In this document: positions 61,230 to 64,000 of the stretch, in pieces
Position numbering within the stretch: position 1 is the stretch's first letter
How the letters are laid out: each line of letters starts with the position of its first letter
Assembly (NCBI RefSeq): GCF_001194135.2
Contig: NC_069000.1
Coordinates: 23,740,738 to 23,804,737, forward strand
Direction: 5' to 3'
DNA length: 64,000 bases
Source: Octopus bimaculoides
Taxonomy: Eukaryota
Program-made: the position numbers and the translations under genes
The notes under the pieces: model-generated
Database searches by the model: none
What the model was told of the DNA's origin: nothing
What the model saw: only the letters and a program-made list of their open reading frames with translations

Positions 61230-63975
61230 CATGAATAGTTCCATCCACTCTGTGCTCTCAGGAATGACTCATTGCAGACAAACACAGGTGGAGTCTCTGC
61301 TCAACATCACCAATGCCCTATTCATGGAGCAAGTTGTACTCAGACCAATTAGGGTGAATAACATTTTGGATCTCTGCTTCACAAACAAAATAGACATCGT
61401 TCATGATGTGAAAGTGACACCGACATTATTTTCGGATCACAACATAATAGAGCTGTCTATGTATGTGCTAAAAGTAGCCAGAGACATATGGCCTAAAGGA
61501 AGCACCCAAAATCTCTCCAATCTGAACTTCCACAAAAGTGATTCTCAGACAGGACTGGTTGAAATGTCTCTCCACACTAGACATTGGCATGAAACTAGAA
61601 TATTTCATGCTTGTTATGAGAACCAAATGCCAGAAATATGTGACAGAGCACAAGACCAACACAAAAAAAGGAACAAGGTTCCAAGGAAGAGGAAGATCCT
61701 CATGTGACAATGAACGAAGGTTGCAAATTGCTTCAACCAAAAATAGCGAAAGATCCCGCCTAAAAACAACACTGATGGAGATTGAAAATAGCCTGCAACA
61801 ATCCTATGTGAGGGAGATAGCAGACAAAGATGCCTGGGTTATAAAAAATATTAAGTCAAACCCAAAGGCTTTCTTTCATTATGGGAAAGAAACAGCCTCA
61901 GTACGCTGCAAGATAGGACCTCTCTCCAAAAGGATATCTCCCTTACAGATAGTACAACCAGGATCAGTGAGGTACTGAATGACCAGTTCAAAAGTGTCTT
62001 TACCACCCCTTTGAAACAAAGGTAAGTGAACGAACCAGTGGATTTCTTTGCTGCCTCACCTATAACCAATGAGGCAGTTACGATGGATTACATCAATATT
62101 AGCAAAGAAGATATACTACTAACCATAGATGAGGTGAACACAAACTCAACTGCTGGTCCTGATGATTTTCCAGCAATCCTCCTCAAATTGTGTAAGCTTG
62201 CCCTGGCAGAACCTCAACAGATTCTCTTCCAGAGCTACCAAGCAAACTGAAGGAGGGAATAATATGCCCAATCCATAAAGTGGGGAGCAGAGCAGATGCC
62301 AAAAACTATAGACTTATCACTCTGAGTTCATACATCAGCAAAGTCATGGAACAGATGGTCAGAGGGAAGCTAATCACATTTCCTGAAGAAAACGATTTGC
62401 TGAGTGATACCCAGCGTGGCTTTCGACCAGGTAGGAGCTGCCTGACCCAGCTCTTACAGCACTATGACTGGATGTTGAGGCAGTTACTCAACAACTCAAA
62501 TGTGGACGTAATATACCTTGATTTTGCAAAAGCTTTTGATAAAGTGGATCATCGTATGATATGCCACAAACTGCATGATCTCGGCATAGCTGGAAAACTT
62601 GGAGAGTGGTTACATGACTTTCTGAAAGACAGAAGTCAGACAGTAGTGGCCAATGGAACCACCTCAATGAAAACACAAATAGTGAGCAGTGTTCCACAGG
62701 GCACTGTCTTGGGACCACTGCTATTCATAGTGGCCCTCTCAGATATACNNNNNNNNNNNNNNNNNNNNNNNNNNNNNNNNNNNNNNNNNNNNNNNNNNNN
62801 NNNNNNNNNNNNNNNNNNNNNNNNNNNNNNNNNNNNNNNNNNNNNNNNNNNNNNNNNNNNNNNNNNNNNNNNNNNNNNNNNNNNNNNNNNNNNNNNNNNN
62901 NNNNNNNNNNNNNNNNNNNNNNNNNNNNNACCACCTCAATGAAAACACAAATAGTGAGCAGTGTTCCACAGGGCACTGTCTTGGGACCACTGCTATTCAT
63001 AGTGGCCCTCTCAGATATACCCTTAACCGCCCGGGTAGCCACCCTTGCTAGCTATGCAGACGATATGAAAGTCACTCAAAAAATACAGACCCCTGGTGAT
63101 ATTGCATACCTGCAGCAGGAGTTGGACTCAATTTACAGATGGGCTGAGGATAATAATATGCAGTTTAATGCTGAAAAATTCCAAGCCCTGCACTACCAGC
63201 ATCCAAAACTGAATATAAAACTTACAGGGTGCACTGGTCCTAAATCAGTGAGGGACCTGGGTATTGACATGAGTGATAATACCTCTTTCCAAGTGCACAT
63301 TACTAGGATGGCGACAAAGTGCAGACGACTGGTTAGATTGATCCTAAGAACATTCAGAACCAGAGATAAAGAAACCCTGATGGTCCTATGGAGGACATTC
63401 GTCCTTAGCTGCCTGCGTTACTGCTCCCAGCTATGGTCACCCATAAAATTAACAGCAGACCTTGAAGCAATCCAGCAAAGCTTCACAATGAAGATCGTCT
63501 CATTGCAACAGCTCAGCTGCTGAGAAAGACTGAAACAGCTAAAACTCTACTCCCTAGAGCAGAGGTGGGAGAGGTATGCAGTAATATACATCTGGAAGAT
63601 CCTGAAGGAATTGTGCCAAATTTTGGCATTGAAAACTACACCAATGCCAGAATGGGTCGACACTGCACAATGCCATCGCACTTCAGGACCAATTACTGCA
63701 ACAATCTGGGTTTCAGGGGCCCACAGTCTTTTAATCTTCTCCCAAAGAGCCTGAGGGATCTACACAAAGTGGATGTAGGTGTTTTCAAATCAAAACTGGA
63801 CCTCTTCCTGCCGAGAATCCCAGATGAACTTACCTCATGGCAAGAGGTGCCAATAAGGGTAGCAACATCAAACTCCGTTCTTCACCATATTAGAGGAGGC
63901 TCTCAGTAATAACAGTGTAGCAAAATGATGGTGCCCCAGCATGGCCACAGCTCCGAGTCGAAACTATGAAAAAAA
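61230..63975 (+). mobile_element. CR1-group LINE (endonuclease C-terminus, RT, C-terminus, 3' tail), disrupted
   Basis: NILDLCFTN..SDHNII, NPKAFFHY, YLDFAKAFDKVDH, VPQGTVLGPLLF, YADD, YCSQLWSP. 3' end GGTGCCCCAGCATGGCCACAGCTCCGAGTCGAAAC followed by an A-run. Confidence 0.93.
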
Positions 63976-64000
63976 AATGTATATATATATGTATGTGTAT

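Noticed and set aside
62658-63020. 91-bp exact direct repeat (62658-62748 = 62930-63020) in the CR1 RT
   Set aside because: It flanks an N gap and the RT reads continuously if merged; most likely an unmerged contig overlap.

Overview
AT-rich, repeat-dense eukaryotic genomic DNA with 8 N-gaps (4207-4871, 15785-16268, 26597-26678, 28731-29613, 30966-31450, 32467-33139, 53988-54118, 62749-62929) and many (TA)n/(CA)n microsatellites. The SINE/RTE repertoire and single-exon C2H2 gene suggest an octopus genome; this is inference from memory, with no database search. Two intact genes are supportable, both on +: a single-coding-exon 13-finger C2H2 zinc-finger gene (18818-20539) and an intronless Tim9 (30086-30379). 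Most other recognisable sequence is decayed mobile DNA: RTE and CR1-group LINEs, a CRE-like fragment, a Penelope-like GIY-YIG fragment, a Gypsy 5' half, hAT, mariner, Merlin and piggyBac-type DNA elements, and several tRNA-derived SINE families. The most notable unexplained features are: a high density of long inverted repeats, three of them centred on assembly gaps; a piggyBac-type MITE supplying AATAAA just after the ZNF stop; a SINE and a CR1 LINE sharing a 3' tail; a 66-bp alternating tandem array in the RTE 3' UTR; and a degenerate minimal hammerhead-like motif in the Penelope tail. I found no convincing evidence of a wholly new biological system; the findings are leads. All alignments and coordinates were done by eye, so TE boundaries are approximate.
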